This document shows, piece by piece, positions 28,742-37,926 of a stretch of DNA of 64,000 bases. The stretch is from an uncultured Actinomycetota bacterium. GTDB taxonomy: Bacteria; Actinomycetota; UBA4738; HRBIN12. A program made the translations under genes and the position numbers. Where the stretch lies: the NCBI GenBank assembly GCA_963750945.1, contig CAVVSH010000015.1, positions 462,701-526,700 of the forward strand. Direction: 5' to 3'. Numbering within the stretch: position 1 is the stretch's first letter; each line of letters begins with the position of its first letter. Under the pieces are notes generated by a model, which did no database searches, was not told the DNA's origin, and was given only the letters and a program-made list of their open reading frames with translations.

Positions 28742-29410
28742 ATGACGATCGAGATGGTCTTCCTGGACATCGGCGGCGTGCTCTACGACGACACCGTGTA
28801 CGCGCGCGCCTGGCATCGCGCTCTGCGCGATGCGGGCGCGCGCTTCACGGACGCCGAGTTCGACGAGGAGTACGGGAGGGCACGCACGGAGCAGTCGGGG
28901 TCGTTCCGGCGCCGTCTCATCGCGCGATTCCTCCCCGAGGGCGATCTCCGCGAACTGGAGATGCTCGCCGCCCGCTTCTGGCACTACCCGCCCGACGCCC
29001 TCTACGACGATGCGGTACCGTGCCTCGAGAAGCTGAAAGAGGGCGGATACCGTCTCGGGGTGATCGCCAACCAGCCGGGCGAGGTTCGCTCGGCGATGCG
29101 ACGCGACGGCCTCGAGCCGTTCTTCGAGGTCTGGAGCGTGTCGGACGAGCTCGGCGTCGGGAAGCCCGATCCGGCGCTCTTCGAGCTCAGCGTGGAGGCT
29201 GCCGGGGTCGTCCCCGGAGCGAGCGTCATGGTCGGCGACCGTCTCGACTACGACATGCGCCCCGCTGCGCGAGCGGGCATGCACACGATCTGGATGCTGC
29301 GTGGGGAGGCGCCCGACGAGCCCACCCCCGAGCAGCTGGCGGAGACCGACGCGGCCATCAGGAGTCTCGCCGAGCTCCCCACGCAGTTGGAACGGCTCTC
29401 GTCGCCATGA
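28742..29410 (+). CDS. HAD-superfamily hydrolase
   Basis: FLDIGGVL motif I and GDRLDYD motif IV. Confidence 0.7.
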   Translation: MTIEMVFLDIGGVLYDDTVYARAWHRALRDAGARFTDAEFDEEYGRARTEQSGSFRRRLIARFLPEGDLRELEMLAARFWHYPPDALYDDAVPCLEKLKEGGYRLGVIANQPGEVRSAMRRDGLEPFFEVWSVSDELGVGKPDPALFELSVEAAGVVPGASVMVGDRLDYDMRPAARAGMHTIWMLRGEAPDEPTPEQLAETDAAIRSLAELPTQLERLSSP

Positions 29411-30726
29411 GCACGATCGCGATCGGCGGATCGAGGCACATCCTCGTCGTCGGAGCCGGGTTCGCGGGGCTGTACGCGGCCATGGGACTGAAGGGCGCCG
29501 TCGCCGCCGGTCACCGCGTGACGGTCGTGAACCAGGAGAGCTTCTTCCAGTACCAGCCGTTCCTGCCCGAGGTGGCCTCCGGGACGATCGACCCCCGAGC
29601 GGCGGTGGTGCCGCTCCGGCGTGTGCTGAAGCACTGCCGGATCGTGATCGGCGAGGTCACTCGCGTGGATCACGACGCTCGCGAGGCGCATCTGCGCACC
29701 GCCAACGGAAACGAGCGGACGATCGGCTACGACGTCGTGGTGCTCGCACCCGGCTCGCGTTCGCGTGTCCTGCCCGTGCCCGGTCTCGCCGAACACGGCA
29801 TCGGTTTCAAGACGGTCCAGGAGGCGATCTATCTCCGGAACCACGTCCTGGCGCGGCTCGACGTCGCGGCGTCCGAGGAGGACGCCACGCGACGTCGAGC
29901 CGCGCTTACCTTCGTCTTCGTCGGGGGCGGGTACGCGGGCGTCGAGGCCCTCGGCGAACTCGAGGACCTCGCGCGCGATGCGATCGAGACCTTTCCCGAC
30001 CTGGATCCCTCCGAGATGCGCTGGGTGCTCGTCGACGCCGCCGAGAGGATCCTCCCCGAGCTTCCCGAGGGCCTCGCGTCCTACGCGCAGGAGCTCCTCC
30101 AGCAGCGACGGATCGAGATCAAGCTCCGCACAAGGCTCGACTCGGCCGAGGGCGGCGTGATCAGCCTCTCGGACGGGGAGGCGTTCCCCGCGGAGACGCT
30201 CGTATGGACCGCCGGCGTGAAGCCTTCACCCCTCGCTCGCGGATCGGCGCTGCCGGTCGACGAGCAAGGCCGCCTGCTCGTCGACCGATCCCTTCGGGTC
30301 GAGGGTGTCGAGGGCGCCTGGGGCGCCGGCGACGCGGCCGCCGTTCCCGACGTGACCACCGGAGGGATGTCCCCGCCCACCGCGCAACATGGCCTCCGTC
30401 AGGGCAAGCGAGTCGCGGCCAACATCGAGGCGGTCCTCGCCGGCCGTCCGCTCCAGCCCTTCGTGTACGCGAACATCGGTGGCGTGTGTTCGCTCGGCCG
30501 GTACAAGGGCGTGGCGACCATCAAGGCCCTGAGGTTCAAAGGGTTCCTCGGATGGTTCCTGCATCGCTCGTACCACCTGCTCGCGATGCCGACCTGGACG
30601 AGGCGCGTGAAGATCGCGATGGACTGGACGGTGGCGCTGCTCTTCCCGCGAGATCTCGCGCAGCTCGGGTCGCTCGGCAGGCCACGGGAGCCGTTCGAAC
30701 AGGCCTCGGGCGATCAACCCTCCTGA
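29407..30726 (+). CDS. ndh: type II NADH:quinone oxidoreductase (NDH-2)
   Basis: Two GxGxxG dinucleotide folds (HILVVGAGFAGL, TFVFVGGGYAG). ATGA overlap with the upstream gene. Confidence 0.85.
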   Translation: MSTIAIGGSRHILVVGAGFAGLYAAMGLKGAVAAGHRVTVVNQESFFQYQPFLPEVASGTIDPRAAVVPLRRVLKHCRIVIGEVTRVDHDAREAHLRTANGNERTIGYDVVVLAPGSRSRVLPVPGLAEHGIGFKTVQEAIYLRNHVLARLDVAASEEDATRRRAALTFVFVGGGYAGVEALGELEDLARDAIETFPDLDPSEMRWVLVDAAERILPELPEGLASYAQELLQQRRIEIKLRTRLDSAEGGVISLSDGEAFPAETLVWTAGVKPSPLARGSALPVDEQGRLLVDRSLRVEGVEGAWGAGDAAAVPDVTTGGMSPPTAQHGLRQGKRVAANIEAVLAGRPLQPFVYANIGGVCSLGRYKGVATIKALRFKGFLGWFLHRSYHLLAMPTWTRRVKIAMDWTVALLFPRDLAQLGSLGRPREPFEQASGDQPS

Positions 30727-30751
30727 GTGACCCGACCGCCCGGCTTCGCGT

Positions 30752-31213
30752 TCAGGCGCCGCGCTTGCGCTGGAGCTGGCTGGCCGCCTCGAGGGCCGCG
30801 TGCGAGCCCGCGATATCCGGCATCTCGTGGCCGCCGGCGAGCTCCTCGGCCGCCCACCGGGTCATGTCCCGGATCGACACGATCCCCACGACGTTCTCGC
30901 CGTCGACGATCGGCAGGTGGCGGATGTTGCGCGAGACCATCTGCTCGGCCGCGTCGGCGAGCTCGGTCTTGGGACCGACCGTGATCAGATCCCGGCGAGT
31001 CATGCCCTGCTCGACGGTGGTGGTGTTCGGATCGCCACCCTCCGCCACGAGGTTCACGATGTCGCGCTCGGTCACGATGCCCTCGAGCTTCTTGCCGTTC
31101 AGGACGACGACCGATGAGATGCCCTTCGAGCGCATCGTCTTCGCGACGTCGGCGAAGGAATCGCTCGTGCTCGCCGTCTTCACGTCCGAGTGCATGATCT
31201 CGCCGACGAGCAT
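30752..31213 (-). CDS. CBS-domain pair protein
   Basis: Two CBS repeats (GIVTERDIV.., GIVSIRDM..). Confidence 0.8.
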   Translation of the reverse strand: MLVGEIMHSDVKTASTSDSFADVAKTMRSKGISSVVVLNGKKLEGIVTERDIVNLVAEGGDPNTTTVEQGMTRRDLITVGPKTELADAAEQMVSRNIRHLPIVDGENVVGIVSIRDMTRWAAEELAGGHEMPDIAGSHAALEAASQLQRKRGA

Positions 31214-31288
31214 CGATCCTCCTGGGCCGTTGGAAGGGCAAGCCTACTATGGGGCGCCTGCGCACACCGTCGGTGGCATGATGCCGTG

Positions 31289-32473
31289 ATGGCGAGGTCC
31301 ACCTATGTCGCGAACGTCACGTTGTTCGACGGGCGGACCGTGAAGAAACGTCAAGGCGCGCTCTTCGGCACGGACGGCATCGAGTGGGTCGGCGCGCACG
31401 CGCGGGCTCCGAAGGGAGCGAGCGCCGCCCGCGAGGTCGACGGCGCAGGCAAGACCCTGATGCCGGGCCTGATCGACGTGCACGTCCACCTCCAGTTCGA
31501 CGGCGGCGCGGACTTCGAGAAGGAGTCCAAGGAACTCTCGACACCGGGTCACGCGGCGATCAAGGCCGTGGTGAACGCGAAGCGAAACCTGGACGCCGGC
31601 GTGACCACCGTGCGCGACCTCGGTGGGATGGGCGGCGCGAGCATCGACGTGGCGAGGGCGGTGGCCGCCGGCCTCGTCCCAGGACCACGGATCCTCGCGG
31701 CGGGTCGCGCGCTCACGGTCACCGGCGGTCACGGCTACAACATCGCGCTCTCCCGGCAGGTCGACGGCGCCGACGCGGTGCGCGCCGCCGTCCGTGAGGA
31801 GATCCGCGACGGTGCGACCGCGATCAAGCTGATCGCGACCGGCGGCGTCCTCACGCCCGGCATCCCGGCGACGTTCAGCGCGTTCACCGCGGAGGAGCTC
31901 GAGGCCGGCGTCCGCGAGGCGCATGCTCGCGAGCTTCCCGTCGCCGCGCACGCGATCGGCGCGAACGGCATCCGCGCGGCGGTGCTCGCCGGCGTTGATT
32001 CGATCGAGCACTGCAACCAGCTGACCCCCGCCACCGCCCGCGAGATGGTGGCGCGCGGCACCTTCCGGTCACCGACGATCTGCGCGGTCCGCGGGATCCT
32101 CGAGCACGCGGACCGCGTGCCCGAGTACGCCGTGGAGAAGGCCCGCCAGATCGAAGCCGATTCGAAGAAGTCGCATCGGACGGCGATCCGAGCCGGCGTC
32201 CGTCCGGTGTGTGGGACGGACGCCGGCACCCCGTTCAACCCGCACGGCAACGCGCCGCAGGAGATCGTCTACATGGTGGAGTGGGGGATGGCACCGCTCG
32301 ACGCGCTTCGTGCGGCGACCGCGAACGGCGCCGAGCTTCTCCGGCTCCTAGATGTCGGTGCGGTCGAGGTCGGCAAGCGAGCGGACCTGCTCCTCGTCGA
32401 CGGCGACCCGGCGGAGGACCCGCGCACACTGCTCGGCCGCAAACACGTATGGCAGGCCGGACTGCCCGCCTAG
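31289..32473 (+). CDS. amidohydrolase-family metal-dependent hydrolase
   Basis: GLIDVHVHL N-terminal metal site and downstream His/Asp ligands. Start chosen at the internal ATG 31289. Confidence 0.75.
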   Translation: MARSTYVANVTLFDGRTVKKRQGALFGTDGIEWVGAHARAPKGASAAREVDGAGKTLMPGLIDVHVHLQFDGGADFEKESKELSTPGHAAIKAVVNAKRNLDAGVTTVRDLGGMGGASIDVARAVAAGLVPGPRILAAGRALTVTGGHGYNIALSRQVDGADAVRAAVREEIRDGATAIKLIATGGVLTPGIPATFSAFTAEELEAGVREAHARELPVAAHAIGANGIRAAVLAGVDSIEHCNQLTPATAREMVARGTFRSPTICAVRGILEHADRVPEYAVEKARQIEADSKKSHRTAIRAGVRPVCGTDAGTPFNPHGNAPQEIVYMVEWGMAPLDALRAATANGAELLRLLDVGAVEVGKRADLLLVDGDPAEDPRTLLGRKHVWQAGLPA

Positions 32474-32922
32474 CGGTCGCGGAGGATCCGCTCCAGGACC
32501 TCGACGCCCTCACCCAGGGCGGCGAGCTCGGCAGGGGAGAGGCCGGCGAGGCTGGTCCTCAGCGTCTCGACCCGCCTCGCTCGACCGCGACGGAGCGTGC
32601 GGCCGCCGGTCGCCGTGGCCCGGACGCGCACCGCCCTCGCGTCGTCCGGGTCGGTCTCGCGTACCGCGAGACCGTCCCGGACGAGGCCGTCCACCAGCCT
32701 CGTCATCGTGGGCGGCTCGACCTGCTCGATCCGGGCCAGCTCTCCGATCCGTTTGGGGCCGGCGAACACGAGCACCGACAGAGCGGAGAGGCGCGGGGCA
32801 GAGATGCCCAGCGCCTCGTCCTCCACGCGCAGGCGCCGCAAGAGGTGGATCGCGGCCGAATGGAGTCGGTCCGCCACCCGCCCCACCTCTCGCGTCGGGG
32901 AAGTCCGCCTTGACGTGGTCAT
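32470..32922 (-). CDS. MarR-family transcriptional regulator
   Basis: Winged HTH with PRLSALSVLVFAGPKRIGELARIEQVEPPTMTRLVDGLVRDGL. Confidence 0.8.
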   Translation of the reverse strand: MTTSRRTSPTREVGRVADRLHSAAIHLLRRLRVEDEALGISAPRLSALSVLVFAGPKRIGELARIEQVEPPTMTRLVDGLVRDGLAVRETDPDDARAVRVRATATGGRTLRRGRARRVETLRTSLAGLSPAELAALGEGVEVLERILRDR

Positions 32923-32923
32923 C

Positions 32924-32952
32924 TTGACGAGGATATCGATATTTAGTTAGGC
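32924..32952. promoter_or_regulatory. AT-rich divergent promoter/operator with perfect 10-bp palindrome ATATCGATAT (32933-32942) next to a TTGACG hexamer
   Basis: AT-rich island in a 70% GC genome, immediately upstream of the marR start and 38 bp upstream of the ankyrin gene ATG. Confidence 0.4.
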
Positions 32953-32980
32953 TACGCAAATAGTAGTGAGGAGTGGGGCG

Positions 32981-33655
32981 ATGGCAAGCACCTCGGACGA
33001 GCTCTTCGAGGCGATCGAAGCCGGAGACACGGGACGGGTCGACGCGATGCTCGACGCCGACCCGCCGCTCGCGTCCTCACGGGACGCGAGCGGCGTCTCC
33101 GCCCTCATGCGGGCGCTCTATCGCTTCGACAAGGCGTTGACCGAAACGGTGAAGCGTCGGGTCGACACGCTCGACATCTTCGAGGCCGCGGCGTTCGGTG
33201 ATCTCGACCGGCTCGCCGAGCTCCTCGAGGCCGAGCCGTCGCTGGCGAACGACTACTCCGGCGACGGGTTCACTGCGTTGCACTTCGCCGCGTTCTTCGG
33301 CAGGCACGAAGCAGCCGCGCTCCTCATCGCTCGGGGCGCCGAGGTCGATCCCTTCGGCCGCGGGTGGATGACCGGGACCCCGATGCATTCCGCGGTGAGC
33401 CGCACGCACGCCGACGTCGTTCGGATCCTCCTCGACGCGGGGGCGAACCCGAACGCGCGTCAGTCCGCGGGATGGACCCCGCTCCACGCGGCCGCGATGA
33501 ACGGCGACCTGAACAGCGTCGAGCTTCTCCTCGCCGCCGGAGCGGACCCTTCCGCCACCAACGAAGAAGGTCGGAGCGTCACCGACCTGGCGAACGAGAG
33601 TGGCGACGACGCCATCGCGGCTCGGATCCGGTCCGCGCTTCAGGCGGCCCCGTAG
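32981..33655 (+). CDS. ankyrin-repeat protein
   Basis: Repeated G-TPLH-AA..G-..VV..LL..GA..N ankyrin motifs. GAGGAG RBS. Confidence 0.8.
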   Translation: MASTSDELFEAIEAGDTGRVDAMLDADPPLASSRDASGVSALMRALYRFDKALTETVKRRVDTLDIFEAAAFGDLDRLAELLEAEPSLANDYSGDGFTALHFAAFFGRHEAAALLIARGAEVDPFGRGWMTGTPMHSAVSRTHADVVRILLDAGANPNARQSAGWTPLHAAAMNGDLNSVELLLAAGADPSATNEEGRSVTDLANESGDDAIAARIRSALQAAP

Positions 33656-34719
33656 CCGGCGAAGACGTATTCCTGATCCATCGAGTCGCATGGGTTCCCG
33701 CGGCCGAAGAGCACTCGACCGGTGGTCACGTCCGCGATGGACCAGAACACGGTCTTGGACGTCGGGTGACCCCACTCGGGATGACGGCAGACCTCGTTCG
33801 GCTGGTTCTCGTGGTCGGACAGGATGCTCCGCAGTACCTCGGGCGTCACGGAGCCGTCGAGGTGGTCGGCGAGCAGGTCACGAGCCCGGCAGAACCGGAT
33901 GTCGGAGCGCACGGCGTAGTCGACATCGCCCTCGTAGGTCCGCATCCGCTCGCTGACGTAGTGGTTCGTGTGCGCCAGGTGGTCGTTCTCGTCGAGATGC
34001 GAGATCTCGACGTCGGTGGCGCTGCCCTCGATGTTCGCGACGTCGCCGTGACGGTCGGCGAGCACGTTGTTGTACGAGGACGCTCGGTCCGGCCGGATCG
34101 CCATCGCGATCATCTCGTGGAGGTTCCGTGCGCGGAGCATCTCGAAGACCTGGTGGGATCGTGAGATCCCGACGCGCTCGTCGTTCGGGCTGAGCTCGTT
34201 GCCGGTGAGGGAGAGCCCGGCCTGGTTCCAGCCCACGCTGATCCACGGCACCCCGCCGATCTGCATGATTACCGGTTCGTCGTCGACGCGCTTCTCGATC
34301 GCGACGATGTCCGCCTCGGTCTCCGGACGAAGGTCGTTGTTGTGACCCACCCACAGGTGGCCGTCGGCCGTCGCGCCCGGGCCGGCCACGACGTCGCTGC
34401 AACGACCCTCGGTCTGTTTCGGATACGGCGTGTACCAGAGCTCCTCGACCGTTGTCGCGAAGAACTCCATCGGATCCACCTCCGCGCCCGCCGCGCATGC
34501 GTCGAGCTCCTCGAGCAGCCAGGGGAGCGACGGCTCGGTTACGTCCCGGTAGGACTGCGCGAGGCGCAGCTGCTCGGCTCGAGTCCGCCCCTCCGGGAGC
34601 TGCGCGTCGAAGGTCTCGATCCCTCGGCGGATCTGCTCGGCGCCGAGCTCGCCCATCTGGATCCCCACCTCACGGTGTGTCCCGGAGACCCGATAGAGCT
34701 CGAGCGGATGGGGGGTCAT
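33640..34719 (-). CDS. C45-family (acyl-CoA:6-APA acyltransferase-like) Ntn-hydrolase/peptidase
   Basis: GRCSDVVA, a candidate autoproteolytic Cys nucleophile. Start chosen at the internal ATG 34719. Confidence 0.55.
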   Translation of the reverse strand: MTPHPLELYRVSGTHREVGIQMGELGAEQIRRGIETFDAQLPEGRTRAEQLRLAQSYRDVTEPSLPWLLEELDACAAGAEVDPMEFFATTVEELWYTPYPKQTEGRCSDVVAGPGATADGHLWVGHNNDLRPETEADIVAIEKRVDDEPVIMQIGGVPWISVGWNQAGLSLTGNELSPNDERVGISRSHQVFEMLRARNLHEMIAMAIRPDRASSYNNVLADRHGDVANIEGSATDVEISHLDENDHLAHTNHYVSERMRTYEGDVDYAVRSDIRFCRARDLLADHLDGSVTPEVLRSILSDHENQPNEVCRHPEWGHPTSKTVFWSIADVTTGRVLFGRGNPCDSMDQEYVFAGYGAA

Positions 34720-34837
34720 CCGAGGATGGTATCCCTCTCCTTCCTCGCTTCCCAAGTCTTGTCACTCTCGAGGGGTACGGTGGCGCCATGACCTCTCAGA
34801 GTCAGGGACCCAGCCAAGAATCCAGAAGGGTGACCGG

Positions 34838-35884
34838 ATGATCGATGACGTCCTGATCGCCGCGATCGCGGTATGCGTCGGTGTCGCGGTGGGCGCCCTG
34901 GTGGTGCTCCGCCGCCGGCAGCCGCCTGTCGAGGACCTGGAGCACCTCAACGCCCTCAACGCCCTCGGCGCCGTGAACGCGCAGCTCCACGCCGAGCTGA
35001 CCGCGAGGTTGGAGGTCCAGGCTGCGGAGCTCCGTCGGATCGCCGACGCCTCCGGCCAGCGGGACGTCTCGGCCGAGCACCTCCGGACCGGCCTCGAGGC
35101 CACGCGTCAGGTCCTGGAGCAGCTCCAGGTGCGCGACGAGGAGCGTCGATCGTCGGACACGGAGAACCGGGAGGTGGTTCGCAGGCTCGCGACGGTCCTC
35201 GCCGGCGGGAACACCAAGGGCCGTGCCGGCGAGCACGTCCTGCGTGAACACCTCGGCCAGCTCCCACCGTCCATGCTCGCGTCCGACTTCCGCGTCAACG
35301 GCAAGGTCGTGGAGTTCGGTCTGCGGCTGCCGGACGGTCGTCGTCTCCCGATCGACTCCAAGTGGTCGGCTGTGGCGGAGCTCGAGGCCATGGAGGCGGA
35401 GGAGGATCCGACCCGACGGGACGCCTGCGCCCGGAAGGTGGAGAAGGCGGTCGCCGCGCGGGCCAAGGAAGTCGGGCAGTACATCGACACGTCGGTGACC
35501 GCGCCGGTCGCGGTTGCCGCTGTGCCGGACGCCGCCTACCAGGTGTTGTCCCGCGCCCACACCGAGGCCTTCATGCGCGGCGTGGTCATCGTGCCGTATT
35601 CGAGCGCCCTTCCGATCATCATGTTCCTGTACGCGTTGGTCGAGCGCTTCGGCGATGCCGCCGACGTGCAGGCGGCGCTCGCGGAGGTAGGGACGCTCCT
35701 CGATGCGATGGACTCCATCGTGGAGAACAAGTTCTCGAAGGCCGGAACGATGATCGCGAACGGTGCCGACGAGTTCCGGTCCAACCTCGGCAAGGCCCGC
35801 GGCTCCATCGCACGAGCGCGCCATGCCGAGCAGCTCCAGCTGGCGGACGTGGCCGACGAGGAGGTCCTCTCGATCGTTCGCTGA
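34838..35884 (+). CDS. rmuC: DNA recombination protein RmuC
   Basis: N-terminal TM, coiled-coil, and RmuC core (NGKVVEFGLRLPDGRRLPIDSKW). Confidence 0.75.
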   Translation: MIDDVLIAAIAVCVGVAVGALVVLRRRQPPVEDLEHLNALNALGAVNAQLHAELTARLEVQAAELRRIADASGQRDVSAEHLRTGLEATRQVLEQLQVRDEERRSSDTENREVVRRLATVLAGGNTKGRAGEHVLREHLGQLPPSMLASDFRVNGKVVEFGLRLPDGRRLPIDSKWSAVAELEAMEAEEDPTRRDACARKVEKAVAARAKEVGQYIDTSVTAPVAVAAVPDAAYQVLSRAHTEAFMRGVVIVPYSSALPIIMFLYALVERFGDAADVQAALAEVGTLLDAMDSIVENKFSKAGTMIANGADEFRSNLGKARGSIARARHAEQLQLADVADEEVLSIVR

Positions 35885-35909
35885 GGCGGGATGGATAGGC
35901 TCACCGCCG

Positions 35910-36248
35910 ATGGAGTTCGATGAGGCCCTGGTGCGGTTCGGGTTCCACCGGCGGGAGGAACGTGGCTTCGGGAGCGGGGCGCAGCTCCATGTCGCTCAAC
36001 CCAACAGGTACCTCACGTACACGGTGCACCTCTATCGGGATGGCACGGCCGTCTTCAGCTGGGAGTTCGCGCTCGGCGAGTACCTGCTGACGAAGGGGAT
36101 CCAGGTGGGGTCCGACGAGACGCTGAACCAGTTCGCCTACCCGCGCGAGGAGATCCGTGGGCCGCAGGACGGCACATGGCTCACATCCGCGATCGAGCGC
36201 ACCGAGGCGATGCTGGCCGACCTCCGCCTGGATCGGCCCGAGGACTGA
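35910..36248 (+). CDS. hypothetical protein (112 aa)
   Basis: ORF with mixed amino-acid composition, sitting between rmuC and a strong terminator. No recognisable motif. Confidence 0.4.
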   Translation: MEFDEALVRFGFHRREERGFGSGAQLHVAQPNRYLTYTVHLYRDGTAVFSWEFALGEYLLTKGIQVGSDETLNQFAYPREEIRGPQDGTWLTSAIERTEAMLADLRLDRPED

Positions 36249-36262
36249 CGGGGAAATACGAA

Positions 36263-36291
36263 GGGGGCGGCGCGCTTCGCGCGCCGCCCCC
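36263..36291. terminator. bidirectional intrinsic terminator between the hypothetical gene and cspA
   Basis: gggggcggcgcgc ttcg gcgcgccgccccc, a 12-13-bp GC stem flanked by T-rich tracts on both strands. Confidence 0.7.
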
Positions 36292-36314
36292 TTCTGCCGT
36301 TCAGGCTCTTGGGT

Positions 36315-36515
36315 TCAAACGAGCCGGACGTTCTGGGCTTGGGGGCCCTTCTGTCCGTCGACGATGTCGAACTCGACCGCCTGTCCCTCCTCGAGGTTCT
36401 TGTAACCCTCCCCGGTGATACCGGAGAAGTGCACGAACACGTCGGGGCCTTCGGACTGGGTGATGAAGCCGAACCCCTTCTCGGGGCTGAACCACTTCAC
36501 GGTGCCTGTTGCCAC
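36315..36515 (-). CDS. cspA: cold-shock protein (CspA family)
   Basis: [24 protein letters not shown], the RNP1/RNP2 motifs. Confidence 0.95.
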   Translation of the reverse strand: MATGTVKWFSPEKGFGFITQSEGPDVFVHFSGITGEGYKNLEEGQAVEFDIVDGQKGPQAQNVRLV

Positions 36516-36793
36516 TGGCGTTCCCTCCTTCCGCGGCCGGTGCGGACGTATCGGCGAAGCGTGTCCGTCGGCCTACCCGGCCTCGGCCGGGGAGGGAACT
36601 GCCAGAACAACGGTGGCACAAAAACCGGTGCTGCATGAACCCTCGACAGCAAGGGTACTCGATGGCACCGACGCCCGCCAGCGCGAGGAGAGCGGGTCGG
36701 GCAGAGGGCTTGTTCCCGAGCGCATCCAGCCGGAACAGCTCCAAGCCAGTATGCCCATCTGGCATGGAGCTCAGCTCGTGGCCGTCGCCTCGC

Positions 36794-37882
36794 TCACCCG
36801 GCTGACGTCTGGGCGCCTTGGCGGGTCAGCGTGAGGTACTCGGCGCGGCTGGCGAACGTCTCCTTCATCTGCTCGGCGATCCGCTCGACGACCTCGTCGC
36901 GGTACGCCTCGTCGAGCTGGGTCGCCGCCGCGTAGTACAGGGCCGCGAACGACGCCATGCCCGTCGCCACCCGTAGCAGCTCCACTGTGATCGTGACCAC
37001 GGTGTCCCCGAAGAACGGGATCCGCAGGAGCTCGGTCCCATGCGTCCCCAGCCAGGCTTCACGGACGCCGGCGCTCACGAGGAGCGATCCGAACACCACG
37101 AAGAAGAGCCAGACGGCGAGGGCCACGAACACGACCTGCAGGAACTGGCTGAGGAACATCACCAGCCCGACGTTCACGCGCTGCGTCCGGCTCAGGTGCT
37201 CGCCCTGGAGCTCGGCCTCCAGGCCACGAACGCTCCCGGGGAGACGCAGCAGGAGGAACCCCGCGGCAAGGAGCACGAAGAGCCCGGCCGCGACCACGAA
37301 CTTCGGGACCTGCGGCACCGTCCAGATCTGCCACGTCTCGGTCGTGAAGAAGATCACCAACAGGAAGAAGAGGAGCAACGAGAGCGCGCGGACCAGCACC
37401 GTGAGTGACGCGGCGAGCAGGCTCACGAACCTGCGTCCCGCCCACTCGAGGATGGTGACGGCGCCGAACCCCAGCACCAGGTACACGAGGCCGAGAAGAA
37501 GGGTGTTCCCGACCAGCGTGACGACGGCGCTCGTGGTCTGCCTTCCGAAGAGCAGCGGCAACACGGAGGGCACCGCCACGAACACGACCATCTCGGCGAG
37601 ACCCACCCGTCGGGGCACGGAGAGGAACCTCTGTCCGCGCGCGAGGTTGAGCGTCCCGATGATGCCGAGTGAGATCGCGATCCCGCCGGCCAGGAACCCT
37701 ACGTTGGTCCAGAGCCCGAAGTCGAAGTTCAGTGCGTTCAAGATCTCGAGCACGAAGACGACCGTGAGGAGCGGGAGCGCTTTCGCGAAGGCCTGTCGGG
37801 CCGAATACCCTCGGATGAACGTGGGGAGCCCGGCCCGTCGGAACGATCGTTCCAGCTCCGTGACCCGGCGGTCGTCTCTCAT
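36794..37882 (-). CDS. polytopic integral membrane protein, unknown function
   Basis: About 8 hydrophobic helices. Downstream of the histidine kinase on the same strand. Confidence 0.5.
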   Translation of the reverse strand: MRDDRRVTELERSFRRAGLPTFIRGYSARQAFAKALPLLTVVFVLEILNALNFDFGLWTNVGFLAGGIAISLGIIGTLNLARGQRFLSVPRRVGLAEMVVFVAVPSVLPLLFGRQTTSAVVTLVGNTLLLGLVYLVLGFGAVTILEWAGRRFVSLLAASLTVLVRALSLLLFFLLVIFFTTETWQIWTVPQVPKFVVAAGLFVLLAAGFLLLRLPGSVRGLEAELQGEHLSRTQRVNVGLVMFLSQFLQVVFVALAVWLFFVVFGSLLVSAGVREAWLGTHGTELLRIPFFGDTVVTITVELLRVATGMASFAALYYAAATQLDEAYRDEVVERIAEQMKETFASRAEYLTLTRQGAQTSAG

Positions 37883-37926
37883 CGGCGGTATCGAACCACA
37901 GGGGCATCCGGTTCGAACGAGGTGAG

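Noticed and set aside
26206-28770. 854-aa minus-strand ORF spanning four annotated genes
   Set aside because: Overlaps lldD-like, MBL, PHP and HAD genes in other frames or in antisense. Arg-rich, low-complexity.
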